DNA of 63,634 bases, filler included, from Welwitschia mirabilis (taxonomy: Eukaryota): assembly GCA_051453625.1 (NCBI GenBank). It is 5 parts of one record of this genome, joined end to end, with 100 filler letters (N's around TTAATTAATTAA, not from the genome) between each part and the next. Parts side by side here need not be neighbours in the genome. Positions count along the whole stretch, not along the records: positions 1 to 21,928 come from JBOZIK010000001.1; 4 more parts are not named here. One strand, given 5' to 3'. Position numbers and translations under genes: made by a program. Of the stretch, positions 1 to 13,283 are shown piece after piece. Each line of letters begins with the position of its first letter. Position 1 is the stretch's first letter. The notes under the pieces are model-generated. The model made no database searches. It had not been told where the DNA came from and saw only the letters and a program-made list of their open reading frames with translations.

Positions 1-1482
1 GCTAAAGTAAATATATTAGCAAAGTCCTTAAATAGTTCAGCATGAAAGATGCAAATCCTATGAGTATTATTCTAGCTACTTACTTTTAATTGTCTAGAAA
101 GGATTGTCTCAGCTTAAAAGAAGATGTTGTAAAGGTGAGAAATATTCCATATGCCTCAATAGTAAGCTTATTCATGTATGCTATGGTATGTACTCATCCT
201 GATATTGCTTATGTGGTTGGAGCAGTTAATAGATACNNNNNNNNNNNNNNNNNNNNNNNNNNNNNNNNNNNNNNNNNNNNNNNNNNNNNNNNNNNNNNNN
301 NNNNNNNNNNNNNNNNNNNNNNNNNNNNNNNNNNNNNNNNNNNNNNNNNNNNNNNNNNNNNNNNNNNNNNNNNNNNNNNNNNNNNNNNNNNNNNNNNNNN
401 NNNNNNNNNNNNNNNNNNNNNNNNNNNNNNNNNNNNNNNNNNNNNNNNNNNNNNNNNNNNNNNNNNNNNNNNNNNNNNNNNNNNNNNNNNNNNNNNNNNN
501 NNNNNNNNNNNNNNNNNNNNNNNNNNNNNNNNNNNNNNNNNNNNNNNNNNNNNNNNNNNNNNNNNNNNNNNNNNNNNNNNNNNNNNNNNNNNNNNNNNNN
601 NNNNNNNNNNNNNNNNNNNNNNNNNNNNNNNNNNNNNNNNNNNNNNNNNNNNNNNNNNNNNNNNNNNNNNNNNNNNNNNNNNNNNNNNNNNNNNNNNNNN
701 NNNNNNNNNNNNNNNNNNNNNNNNNNNNNNNNNNNNNNNNNNNNNNNNNNNNNNNNNNNNNNNNNNNNNNNNNNNNNNNNNNNNNNNNNNNNNNNNNNNN
801 NNNNNNNNNNNNNNNNNNNNNNNNNNNNNNNNNNNNNNNNNNNNNNNNNNNNNNNNNNNNNNNNNNNNNNNNNNNNNNNNNNNNNNNNNNNNNNNNNNNN
901 NNNNNNNNNNNNNNNNNNNNNNNNNNNNNNNNNNNNNNNNNNNNNNNNNNNNNNNNNNNNNNNNNNNNNNNNNNNNNNNNNNNNNNNNNNNNNNNNNNNN
1001 NNNNNNNNNNNNNNNNNNNNNNNNNNNNNNNNNNNNNNNNNNNNNNNNNNNNNNNNNNNNNNNNNNNNNNNNNNNNNNNNNNNNNNNNNNNNNNNNNNNN
1101 NNNNNNNNNNNNNNNNNNAGTTAGTTAGCTATTACATCTTCAACCAATAGTGACTTTATCCATCACAGAGGCAGAATATATGGCTCTCAGAAAAGCTTGT
1201 AAAGAAATGATTTGGTTGTGTAGGTTTCTTGGCTCCCTTGGATTCAAACAGAAGAATCATTATGTATTTTATGACAGTCAAAGTGCCATACACTTGGCAA
1301 AGAATTCAGCATTCCATGCAAAGAGAAAACACATTGAAATCCGATTTCATTTTAGAAGAGAAATTATTAAAAACAAGCTAGTGGATGTACAAAAAATTAA
1401 TACCAAGATAAATGTTGCTAATGCACTCACAAAGGTAATGGCAATGGATAAGAATAACTTTTGCAAAGAAAATCTTAGGATN
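1..1482 (+). mobile_element. Ty1/copia pol fragment (RT C-terminus and RNase H), degenerate
   Basis: IPYASIVSLFMYAMVCTHPDIAYVVGAVNRY (RT end) before the gap. TLSITEAEYMA, YDSQSAIHLAKNSAFHAKRKHIEIRFHF and NVANALTK (copia RNase H motifs) at 1150-1480. Stop codons upstream. Confidence 0.92.
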
Positions 1483-1650
1483 NNNNNNNNNNNNNNNNNN
1501 NNNNNNNNNNNNNNNNNNNNNNNNNNNNNNNNNNNNNNNNNNNNNNNNNNNNNNNNNNNNNNNNNNNNNNNNNNNNNNNNNNNNNNNNNNNNNNNNNNNN
1601 NNNNNNNNNNNNNNNNNNNNNNNNNNNNNNNNNNNNNNNNNNNNNNNNNN

Positions 1651-2200
1651 TATTATAATATAATATTAAAAATAATAAGGAAAGTCTAATGGGGTCATCT
1701 AAAAAGTTCTAGAAGTTAGGGTTAGGGTTTCTACCTTGAAAGAAAATCTATATAAGGAGCATAGAGGCATGGAATACCATAAGGTGTAGGAGTCAAGAGT
1801 TATCAAATTGACTATTAAGGATGGATTATGTTCTCAACCTTTTCTTCATTTTAATAAAGAGCTTTGCATTGCTTTCATTGTTTTTCCCCACATTGGAATT
1901 TTCCATGTAAATCTGATGTATTGANNNNNNNNNNNNNNNNNNNNNNNNNNNNNNNNNNNNNNNNNNNNNNNNNNNNNNNNNNNNNNNNNNNNNNNNNNNN
2001 NNNNNNNNNNNNNNNNNNNNNNNNTTATCAAATTGACTATTAAGGATGGATTATGTTCTCAACCTTTTCTTCATTCTAATAAAGAGCTTTGCATTGCTTT
2101 CATTGTTTTTCCCCACATTGGGATTTTCCATGTAAATTTGATGTATTGATATTTGCATTTTGCTTTTGCTCTGATGCATTTTTCTAGCACATAGACGTCT
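1651..2200 (+). repeat. probable 3' LTR of the copia element
   Basis: Follows RNase H after a short gap. TATA-like ctatataag near 1748 and a T-rich U5-like tract. Part (1801-1924) is duplicated across a gap at 2026-2150. Boundaries unclear. Confidence 0.45.
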
Positions 2201-2321
2201 AAAAATTATAAACTAATTTTCATCAAATTATGGGAAAGTTCGCTAAAGACATGTATAAGGTGAATACATCTAATTGTTAGTAGATGTTTACAAATTTGAA
2301 GACATCTTGGACTAAAGTTTA

Positions 2322-3233
2322 TGTTGATTAAAAATGAAAATGTGCACCCAATGCCTAAATGTTTTCTATCCTTTATAGAATAATTATAAAGTTCAAACAG
2401 CTATTATTGAAGATTAAATAGCTAGTTATTTTGCAATGGTATAATGATGTAATACCATGGAGTAATTCATAAGTTTTGATACTTTAAAAAAACATAACAA
2501 ACAAATGTAACTCAGATCACAACTACATGAGTAATTGAAAATATTCATAAAGGATCAAAAATATCATTTGCAAAGGAGCTTACAATTTCTACATCATTTG
2601 TTCTTAGATCCTACGTTATTACATCATTCGTTTGCACTCATGATGAAGATAATAATAATGAAGTTAAGCACTTCTTTAAAGCTACATCTTTTAAGTTTGT
2701 TTTTGTGTTATTTTTATGGATCTTTCATTTGTTAGACTATTTTATTTTTGAATATTGCTATAAGTCCATTGTTATATTGAATTAAACTCATTGTAGAGGA
2801 ACCCTTATAAGGGTGTGCATTAAGATTGTGCTTGTAAGCACTTACATTAATGTAAGATTAATAGTGAGCCAAAAAATGCATTATTCTCTTAGGGAAAGGA
2901 AGTGCTATTTTATGAGTAAACTATTATTGTTATAAGGTTTGGGATGCACTTGGAAAAACTACTATTTTCCTATAGGAAAGAGAATGCTATGTTACAAGAA
3001 GACTCTCATTATTATAAGGTTGGTAAGGCATTAAAAAACCACTATTTTCTTACAGATCAAAAATATCCAAAGGTGTGAGAGGAAGCCCCTTTCTATGTGT
3101 GCATACCCTAGTTGGGGAACCATATTATCTTGGTAAATTATTTACTATTATGTATTTTCATTCTATTATTAGTTAAATTTTTATTTGATAGAACTCATTC
3201 ACCCCTCCCCTCTAAATTCAATGATCCCTAGCA
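2322..3233 (+). repeat. copia (SIRE/Maximus-like) LTR remnant, possibly solo
   Basis: Ends ...actcattcacccctcccctcta...ctagCA, the ATTCACCCC(C)CTCT-type U5 end. The same end occurs reverse-complemented at ~5915-5955. Contains ~2.3 copies of an ~80-bp tandem unit (2871-3055). No TSD found; start is uncertain. Confidence 0.55.
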
Positions 3234-3599
3234 TTGCTTTGGTTTTTTACTCTTTCTAGTTTTAATAAAATAACATCATTCTTTTAATGTGCTTCAACTT
3301 GTTCTCAAATTTAGCATTTATTTTTTCTATCTTTAAACTTTAAGGACAAAGTTGAAATTTGATTGGGGATATGGAACTTGGCATTTTCACTTTTAAATTT
3401 TAGTTTTTAAATGCCTTAATTTTTAAAAATTTTGTTAAAAGTTTTAAATTGTTTATCGTTTTAACATAATACTTGAATATTTTTCTTAGAAAATTTTCCA
3501 TTTTAGTCATTCTTTATTAACTTTTTACAAAGATACTAGTAAAATTATAGATAAATAATATGTTAACATATAAAAATTGACATTTATCTCAAGTATATT

Positions 3600-4830
3600 A
3601 GGTTAATTTATCATAGTAATGACATTAGGTTAATTATATTAATCATAAAAATACATCTTATTCTTTCTTATATGTCATACTTAATCTTATGCATTTTCCC
3701 ATAACATTTTTTGGAATTTAGCAATATTTTGAAGCATTTGGCATAAACTAGAGCTAAACAAGTAGAAATTGCTAATGGCACTACTAATCTATACGACAGT
3801 GCTAGTTCATTGATGAAACTAGACCCTAAACTTATGTTCTAAAATCATCATGGAAAAGTGATTAATTTTTTTTATGTGCTTACTCAATAAATATAAGGAA
3901 AAGAATTGTGATCTTTAACTATATGTAGTGGTGTCACTAAAAGACATGTAATAGTGACATGTGGTAGTAACATGAGGTGGTGACATTAGAGATACATGGT
4001 AACAGCATTGGTTAATAGAGGCATTACGATTCAAAGCCTAACTGTTAAACTCAGAAGATAACCTCCACCAAATATTATATGACAGAAGATCCAACCACCC
4101 TATGTTACATAATAGAGAATTGTAACTACACACCTAATACTGAAATCCAAAGATCTTAATCACCCCAATCATATCTTTTCTTATAATAATGACCAAGAGT
4201 TCCTCATTGTAATGGAACTTTAGTGGTAATATTTAAAGCATAACATTCTTTATGATGTCTTTCTAGGCTTCCATTTTAGAAGTGGGCTAGCTTCAAGACT
4301 AACTTTGAGTAGTTTGTATCAATCTTATCTTTTTTATTTAATGTAATGTAATTCCTATTTTTCATGAAATAGTAGTTATTCATTCTTAATTTTGAGTTGT
4401 AATTAATGTTGTACTTCTGATGCTTGAGTAAAACTACATGGTTGAGTTCTTTCATTACCAAGTGAGTTCACTAACTTTTCTTTTTTGTTGCATTTATTTC
4501 ATTTGATGGATCTTAAGCACATTTGTTCTTTCTTTCCATGCTTATAAAAGGCTATGAAGGACTAAAGTGACTAACAAATTTACCAACATTTATGTGATAA
4601 ATAATATTATATCAACATGACCCAAGACATCATGAATTGATAATATAAGCTTTGTTTCAAGAAGTTATAGGATACTATTAAAGTAAAGGTTTACTATTGG
4701 ATGATTTAAGCTATATCCTTGAAGCTAGTTCATTTCTCTACTTTACTATTCAAGTTTAATTCATTAAAGTCTTGATTTTTGGCTTTGTTTTGAACCATTA
4801 CAAGCTAACAAACTTTTGTATTATCTTTTT
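3600..4830 (+). repeat. degenerate gypsy-like LTR remnant
   Basis: Non-coding, with short internal repeated motifs (gtggtgac/gtagtaac, 3945-4030) and an LTR-like layout. No verifiable termini. Confidence 0.25.
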
Positions 4831-4989
4831 TAAGTCTTCTACCTTGATTTATTCCTATGAAAAGATTGACATTAGGACTCTACTATAATGAGGATTTTTA
4901 TTTATAAATTGTAAAAGTCAAACAAGTATAACTCCCATAATTTCAACATTCTAATTTAGATTTTTTATATATGTTAATTAAAGGCTCTT

Positions 4990-6700
4990 AAATTTACTTT
5001 CACCTTTTCCTTATGGGCTGAATAGTGTTAGTTATTCATCTATTCTCCTCTTTCTTCTAGATAGAAGATATTTTACATGCTTGAGGATTATATTAAGTCC
5101 ATCCTCATCATCATCATCCTAAGAATTATCCTCTAAAAAAGTGGTTGATCTGCCTTTACTATGATTCCTTTTAGTATCATTAGTCTTAAGGGATATGAAC
5201 TTTTATTTTATGATTCCATCTTTCATTAAGTTATTTTATAATTCCATCTTATATTAAGTTCATCTTATAGGCTAGTAGGGCATTTGGCAGCTTCTTCATG
5301 GTAATAGTCTTTAGCGTGTAGCTATATATGAGTGATCTCATAATGTTTTGGATTACATTTACTTCTAATAAATATTCATTAATTCCATGTATTTATAATG
5401 TTAATCATCTTAGTCAATTACTCATGTTTCCTTTCTCATCCATTCATCTTAAGATTTTTGAACTAATTCATTAATACCAATAGCTTATATTACTTAATAG
5501 TAAAAGTACCTTTATATATAGCTTTAATAATGTCCCATACTTCTTTTATGCTATTTCATCTAACTACTCTATGAATTTCCTTAACTAAAAGGGCAAAATA
5601 TAGAGCACTTTTTCCCCTACAATCATACATGTAAACACTCTATTTTGTAGGGGTCTAGGTTTTTTTAACCTTTTAATCTAGTGACATATACTCTAGTAAC
5701 ATTTTTATAGTGTTAATGGGTGTTGTATCTCATCTTTAATGTGTTGTCACATTTTAAACTTAAGGAACTAAAAGTAAACCCACATCCTTATCTTCTAATA
5801 GGCATATTTTGTCCCATGAAATGGGGGGGATATACTAATTAAGAACCTCTCCATTATTATTAATTTAAGGATTATTAAGGTTTTTTGTGGGTACTAGATC
5901 TAAAACCACTTTTAGGATTGTTAAAATTATAAGAGAGGGATGAATGAGTTCCAATAAAAATTTTAAATATAAAAGATAACTATCAACAAGAAAATGAAAA
6001 CCTATAATACCAAAAAAACTCTTAGTAGATTTATGTAGTTTTCCAACCTATGTACCCTCCACTTAAAGGGTTTAAACTTGCATATCTTTGAATCTTGTCA
6101 CTTAACTTAAAAGCATGTTTTATGTCTCACAATCAACTATACAAGTCTCAATATAATGAGTTACTTCTTGCAAGATAGCTAGATTAACCCATCATAATTT
6201 AATTATTCTTTGAGATTTAGCATTAACCTTTTAATTCTCAAAACAATGGAGTTTTCCCTCATAAGGTAGCTAACTCAACTTCTCAAGCTTATTCAATATG
6301 GATTAAGACTTATCACTAACCTTAAAACCAAAGTTTCTCTCTTAAAAAAATACTCGAGTGTCATACTTAGGTACAATATAACTTTAAAATCTTGAATAAT
6401 AATGTAATAATACAAGGAACTTCCATAGGCTAATAATAAGAATAATGAAATGTGTAACTATAGATATTCTATAATAATTAGATTCCCACCACTAGAGAAT
6501 AATGGTAACTAACTTAGAATGAAAGAAAGAGTAATACTAAAACAATGAGATTACAAATGGCTTTTGTATTAGAAGAAGAGGAGGTAAAATGATGTTTTAG
6601 TTTGAATTCTTTATTTCTTCTTCTCTTTATAATCTAGTAGTATTAGGGTTTCTTCTTTAAGAGCGATGACATTATGAAACCCTTTGTACAATACTATAAT
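4990..6700 (-). mobile_element. Ty1/copia 5' portion (LTR end, decayed PBS, gag start)
   Basis: Minus strand reads LTR end ggaactcattcatccctctc, then tggttttagatc (decayed tRNA-iMet PBS, 5908-5897), then MERFLISISPPFHGTKYAY*KIRM (cf. copia gag RPPLFDGTNYAYWKIRM). Confidence 0.75.
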
Positions 6701-6949
6701 CTAGCTACTAATATTTCTTTTTATAAGTTATGTTTCTTCCTTGAATCTTTAAGAGATATCTAATCCCTTAAAAAAATAGCTTATAAAAAAAAGCTTTTTT
6801 TATTGATAAAAACTAGTTTTTTAAAAAATTTCAAAGTCTTTTTAGTTGATCAGAAAGTTAATAAAGGAGTTGTTATTCTACTAGTTAATAAAATGTGAAG
6901 TAATATCAACTTTTAATTAGATTTGATTTTTATAATCAGGATGTTTGGA

Positions 6950-9900
6950 TTATTTACTAAAATGAAAAGGGACTTTTCAACTTTCTAATTTCCATGCATC
7001 AAACAATTCAAAGTCTTAATCTAAGGTTTGAAAATGCTTTTTTTCTCTCATAAAGATGTTATGGATTATTAGAGGTAATTTGAAAATGATTAAAAGCCCT
7101 TTTGATAAGCTTGCTGATCTTACTTATATTTTTAATACTTAAGAAAGGGAAGATTGATACAATTGTAAAGAAAAATATTGTGTCTCTTATGTTAGCTCCT
7201 TCCTAGTGAATAATTTCTAAGAGAATCAATATACATAATATAATTATCAATAAGAAAGTAATAGAATTTATTCTTGGTTGAATAAATTCTTTTTTTTTTC
7301 AATGTTTCATTTTTAATACAAAAGGTAAGAGTGGAAGTCTATAAAACTTCCACTCTGTTAGAGTGGATCCTTCTTCCTTTACTTTTTGGACATAAAAGAT
7401 TCTCTATTTGAATATCCATATTTTTATAGGTTCAACTAGAAAAAATAGTTTAAAATCATTATGGAATGTAGAGAAAAGGCTCACTAATGCTATTGGTTGG
7501 ATTGATTAGTAGCATTATACTATACATAAAAATTATGCATAGTGATTTAGAAAGTAACTTGCTAAGAACAAGGCANNNNNNNNNNNNNNNNNNNNNNNNN
7601 NNNNNNNNNNNNNNNNNNNNNNNNNNNNNNNNNNNNNNNNNTAATATTAAGACTTAGAAGTTTTGGAAAACATCCCATAAAACTAAGAAATATTGAAAAG
7701 CTTTTAAACTAAAAAGTACTCTAGCCATAATTCATTTATCCTAGTTTCAAATTACAAATGAACTATACAAAAATATTTTTGGATTTTTCAAAGGAATCTA
7801 TTAGGTTCCTAAATTAAAATCACTATATGTAAATGGTTTTATTACTAATGATCTTAAAAATATTAATGATTTCTTGGAAAATCATTTTTCTTATTTGTCC
7901 TCTTCTAAGAGATCTTTTGAAGCCCTTAATATTCATGTTTCTCATCTTATCACAAAATTACNNNNNNNNNNNNNNNNNNNNNNNNNNNNNNNNNNNNNNN
8001 NNNNNNNNNNNNNNNNNNNNNNNNNNNNNNNNNNNNNNNNNNNNNNNNNNNNNNNNNNNNNTGAAAATATTAATGATTTCTTGGAAAATCATTTTTCTTA
8101 TTTGTCCTCATCTAAGAGATCTTTTGAAGCCCTTAATATCCATGTTTCTCATCTTATCACAAAATTACATCAACATGTTCTTGAAGCAGGAATCATAGTC
8201 TTTGGTTTGATATATCGTAAAGCCCTTAGAGTTGATGGTTTTTCTATATATTATTTAAAAAGCATTGAGACATCATTAGAGGTGATTTCTTTCATATTTT
8301 TCAAGAAGAAATAAATAGATTTTATTTGGTAAAAATATTAATAAAGGTATAATTCAATTTCTTCCAAAGGATAGAAATCTTTAATATATTAGCAATTGGA
8401 GGTCTATTACTCTTCTTACTAATACTTATAAAATTTGAGTAAACTAATTACCTCATCACATTATAAAACTTCAGATAGTAGGTTTTATGAAAGGTAAATA
8501 CATCTTAAATAATGTAAGTACAGCTTAAACAAAGATGCAATAAGATTTTTATACAAATTAAGATTTTGCTTTTTGCAACTTAGATTATGCCAAATCTTAT
8601 GATATAATTTAGTTATATTTTATTATTTTTTACCTTAAAAAATTGGGATTTAGTAACTACTTTATTCATATAGTGTATACCTTACTCAATTATGCAAGTG
8701 CTTAAGTTACTACAAACTTTGGATTGAGCTTATTCCTTCCTCTTCATGGATTAATACATCAAGGGTGTATCCCAGCTTCTTATCCTTTCATTGTTGCTAT
8801 ATATTTTCTTTTATATAATCTTCATTATGAACCATAAAAGGAATTATTAAGGGAATTCTAATGGATGATAGAAGTACATAATTCCTCAGCATGCTCTTTG
8901 TAAGTAATTCCTTCTTCATGATTAAAAATTCTACATAGCATGTTAGTAAGTTATTACTCAGAGTAAAGGAATATTATAAGTTGTTTGGATTTCAAATAAA
9001 TTGGGAAAAGTCTACTATTTATTACAAAGATGACACCAACAAGTGGGTTTTTCATAAAAATTAAAAATTTTAGAAAATAATTCTATTAATTATTTACGAA
9101 TTCCTTTTTATTTTGAATATAATCTAAGTATATTATGAAATTATTTTGTTTAAAAGAGTTGAGAAGGATCTAGAAGAATAAAAAGGAATAAAGCTTAATA
9201 TTTCGGATAAACTTTTTGTAGTTAAATAAATTATCTAATAAATGTATATGTATTATTTGAGCTGTTTGACTCTTACTAGAACTTCTTGTAATAGATATAA
9301 TCAAGGGATTTATTAGTTTTTATTATCTACTACTTAAAATTCCAAAGTATTACCTAGAGATTTCTGTGGTATTTTCACCACTAGTTAGAAATAGGAAGGG
9401 CTTGAAATTATTAATTATTATAATCAAGTTATTCCTCTTTCAGCTAAATAAATTACTAAATGTATTAACATACTGATGCTTAGATGCTTCTTTTTAAAAA
9501 TAGCCTTATGCAAGGAAAACCTAAAAATTGTTATAGTTGGATTTCCATCACTCTTCTTGGATATTCTCCTTTTTCTCATGCCATTTCTGTTTATGGTTCT
9601 TTAATGCTTAAATAATTTTCAAAAAATTGATGTGTGCTTACTATGTATTCAAATTATAATTAGATTAAAGTTATTGAACATCAACTTCAACAAAATATTC
9701 CATGATACAATTTTTATTATTATTATTTATATGTAGGTTTTTAGTCTCTTCATTAATCTAGATTATACACTTCTTAGATCAAATTAAGAATTAATATAGT
9801 TCTATGCCTATGATTTTATGATAGATGAATTACATGAAATAAGGTTTGTTTTCTCTATAAAATAAATAAAATAAGGAGGAGAATATTTGAAACATTACTT

Positions 9901-10700
9901 TTTAATCTTGATAATTCTTCTAAGGTAGACAACATTTTGCATTACATATTTCAAGATATTTGTTAGATGAATGGTGGACTTGATTTTTTTTTCTGGTTTA
10001 TTTTTAGAGTTTATTATAATACCATTAATAAAAATGATTTTATTCATTACAAATTCATCAAGTCTTAAAAGAGGGAGTTGTCACCATAGTGTTTTGAAGA
10101 TAACGGTAAAGGATATATAGAAAGCTTTCACTATTTAGGTTATCTAATTCATTAAGATCTTTTCATTAAAATTCCTCTCTAGCATATGGGATTTGTTTCT
10201 TTGTAATGTCCTCTCTATTATACATAATATTCCTTTTATCATGTTTTTTATTAGTATATTATTGCATAAAATGATTGAAAATGAATTTCTAAAATCTATA
10301 AGAACTTTCAATAAAGCATTAATGATATCATTCTTAGCACCTAACCTAATTTTTCTATGACTTTATCTCTATTTGAAGAGGTGTTCAATCACTTGTTCTT
10401 TATTCTATTTGAAGGCTTAATCATAAAATTATTTTTTAGTACAAAGAACATGACTATAATCTTCCATTAGTGGTTAATCATCAAATTCTTAAAGATGCTA
10501 CATTTTAGTTATAGCTTCAGGTAAAGAAAAGTATAGTAAATGTTGATCACTTAATTTTTCTTTTTCATAGTAATCTATTGTAATTTTAATGTCAAGATTA
10601 TCCCTTTCTTTACTAAATTTATGATGATTTCTACCTTGTATTTAATTTAATAATCCAACAAACAATGGAAGTATCTTTGGTAATATGCTTATACTCTAAA
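6950..10700 (+). mobile_element. highly degenerate LINE ORF2 (endonuclease-RT), L1/Tx1-like
   Basis: Ordered relics: WIIRGN (~7063; GDFN motif), RKALRVDGF (~8215; KAPGPDG), GIIQFLPK..ISNWRSITLLTNTYKI (8346-8436), LDYAKSYD (~8580), IHQGC (~8755), MLFVSNS (~8891; LFADD), YLRIPF (~9091). Many stops and frameshifts. Confidence 0.8.
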
Positions 10701-10779
10701 AATCAAACATAATTTAAGAATAATATTAATTACATCTTAAGGATAAAATATTTATAGTTCTTAACATGATTCTTTAAAA

Positions 10780-10922
10780 AGAGAGAGAGCATAAGAGAGA
10801 GAGAGTAAATGAGAGAAAAAGAGGAAAGGAGGGGGAGGTGTGAGAGGGACGGGCGGGGGGGGGGGGAGGGGGGCGGGGAAGGAATTGGTGGAAGGAGAGT
10901 GGGAGAGAGAGAGAGAGAGATA
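10780..10922. repeat. GA-rich microsatellite with poly-G tract
   Basis: (GA)n runs flanking G-runs at 10829-10880. Confidence 0.9.
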
Positions 10923-11662
10923 GGGAAATAACTTTATACTANNNNNNNNNNNNNNNNNNNNNNNNNNNNNNNNNNNNNNNNNNNNTTCTAAAGCTATAAA
11001 TTCTCAGAAATGTGTTTAAAAATTTAGCAATATACCTGAAAATTGAGAACCCTTAGTAAGCAAAAATAATAGTAAAAAAGAAGTGTTTTCTTATTGAATT
11101 ATTCTTAGCTTTTTTATTGTAATAAATATAATAACGATAATTACATACTTTATTTTCTAAGTGAGGTAGCAACCACCTATGATCTTACAATGTAAAATGA
11201 AATATGATACCATTGTTTAAGAGCTAAAACTAAAAACTGGTTTTCTTATAATGATCATTTTATGAAAGCACATAATCCTAAGAGGGTGTTTACACATATC
11301 ATTGGAATTCATTATAACATTTGTTACTTTTCTCTAATATATTTTTTATTTGTTCCTACATTTTTAGATCTATCTATACTGTATTTAGAGAATAGGTTTT
11401 GCAATAAATATATGGAAATAGGAGAAAAATTCATTAATACATCCAAATCTAATAATAGAAACATGATAAAAATAAGTTTTACAATAAATATATAATATAT
11501 TTCAACTATCTATCCTTATCTTTACATGTTTTTTTATTACTTTTAATAATGTTTATTTCGCATGATAGAATAACTATATCTTAACTCATTACTGAAACAT
11601 ATTTAATCATCATATATATTTATGTTTACTACCTTTCACAGTTTATCACCACTTCATAATAT

Positions 11663-12665
11663 TATTAAGTTATAATTTTGCCATGTTGATGTTAGTATAG
11701 CAAAATATGTTATATTTCTTACAGAAAATATTAATCCTTATAGGTCAGAAGCAACAAATATTTCTCACTATCTATGCATAAACCTAACAAGTTATAGACC
11801 CTTAAAGGGGTTAACTAGATTCCTAAGGGGTTGATCGGGCCTGTATCAAAAAATGTTGAAATCATTTTATTAAGGGATCAACTGGATCCCTAAGGAGTCA
11901 ATAAACCTATACAACAATTTGTCAAATCTTTTCATCAAGAAAATAATCAGATGTTTGAGAGGTTAATCAGTCGTGAGTTAAAAATGTTTCAACTATTTTT
12001 CATATGGGATTAATCAAACTAAAATGCGATCAACTAGATCTAGACATATGCGGTTGAATGGATCCTTGATGAAGTCAATCAAAATTGAAAATGTGAAGAA
12101 CAAGTTAACTAGAAGAAGATGGAGTCGACCAACTTCAACGATGGCATTCAATGGAGTCAATCAGATGCTTTAAGGGGTTGACTGGTTATGGAGAAAATGG
12201 AATTTAATAGTCTATTTTTTAGCCATTATCTTCCTATTTTTGTCTATTAGAATGTTATATCTACTTGTAAAACCCTAAAATCTATCTTTTATATAAACAT
12301 CAGCTATCAAAATCATGGGATATCATTCAGAGCTGACCAAAAATTGAAAAAACATCTTTTCATTATTAGTTCTTTAGTCAATTAGTTTACACTGTATGTA
12401 CTTAGATTTGTAACATCATTTTTAGATAGTATTGTACTATCTTTGTTGTACTTTAGATCTAATGAAGCCTATGCATCATGCCACTCTATTTACACCAAAA
12501 AGCATTTTCTCTAAAGGTTGAAATTAAGCCTTTAAAAGTCTGATTATAAAAGGTTACAGGCGAACCTAAGACACCTCGAAAGTAAGTGACAAAGATCTAA
12601 ATCATTTTTAGGTAGAAGTTGATTACGAAGAGTGGAGAAGGGGATTTCCCAAACCACTATAAATT
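11663..12665 (+). repeat. 5' LTR of Sirevirus-type element (3' end in gap)
   Basis: Aligns by eye to 20739-21760. Repeated ggtcgac/gttgactag motifs; TATA (tatataaac) near 12290. Confidence 0.85.
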
Positions 12666-13283
12666 NNNNNNNNNNNNNNNNNNNNNNNNNNNNNNNNNNN
12701 NNNNNNNNNNNNNNNNNNNNNNNNNNNNNNNNNNNNNNNNNNNNNNNNNNNNNNNNNNNNNNNNNNNNNNNNNNNNNNNNNNNNNNNNNNNNNNNNNNNN
12801 NNNNNNNNNNNNNNNNNNNNNNNNNNNNNNNNNNNNNNNNNNNNNNNNNNNNNNNNNNNNNNNNNNNNNNNNNNNNNNNNNNNNNNNNNNNNNNNNNNNN
12901 NNNNNNNNNNNNNNNNNNNNNNNNNNNNNNNNNNNNNNNNNNNNNNNNNNNNNNNNNNNNNNNNNNNNNNNNNNNNNNNNNNNNNNNNNNNNNNNNNNNN
13001 NNNNNNNNNNNNNNNNNNNNNNNNNNNNNNNNNNNNNNNNNNNNNNNNNNNNNNNNNNNNNNNNNNNNNNNNNNNNNNNNNNNNNNNNNNNNNNNNNNNN
13101 NNNNNNNNNNNNNNNNNNNNNNNNNNNNNNNNNNNNNNNNNNNNNNNNNNNNNNNNNNNNNNNNNNNNNNNNNNNNNNNNNNNNNNNNNNNNNNNNNNNN
13201 NNNNNNNNNNNNNNNNNNNNNNNNNNNNNNNNNNNNNNNNNNNNNNNNNNNNNNNNNNNNNNNNNNNNNNNNNNNNNNNNNNN

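Noticed and set aside
90-1128. Long ORFs in the track made of X residues (many across the window)
   Set aside because: Artefacts of reading through N gaps.
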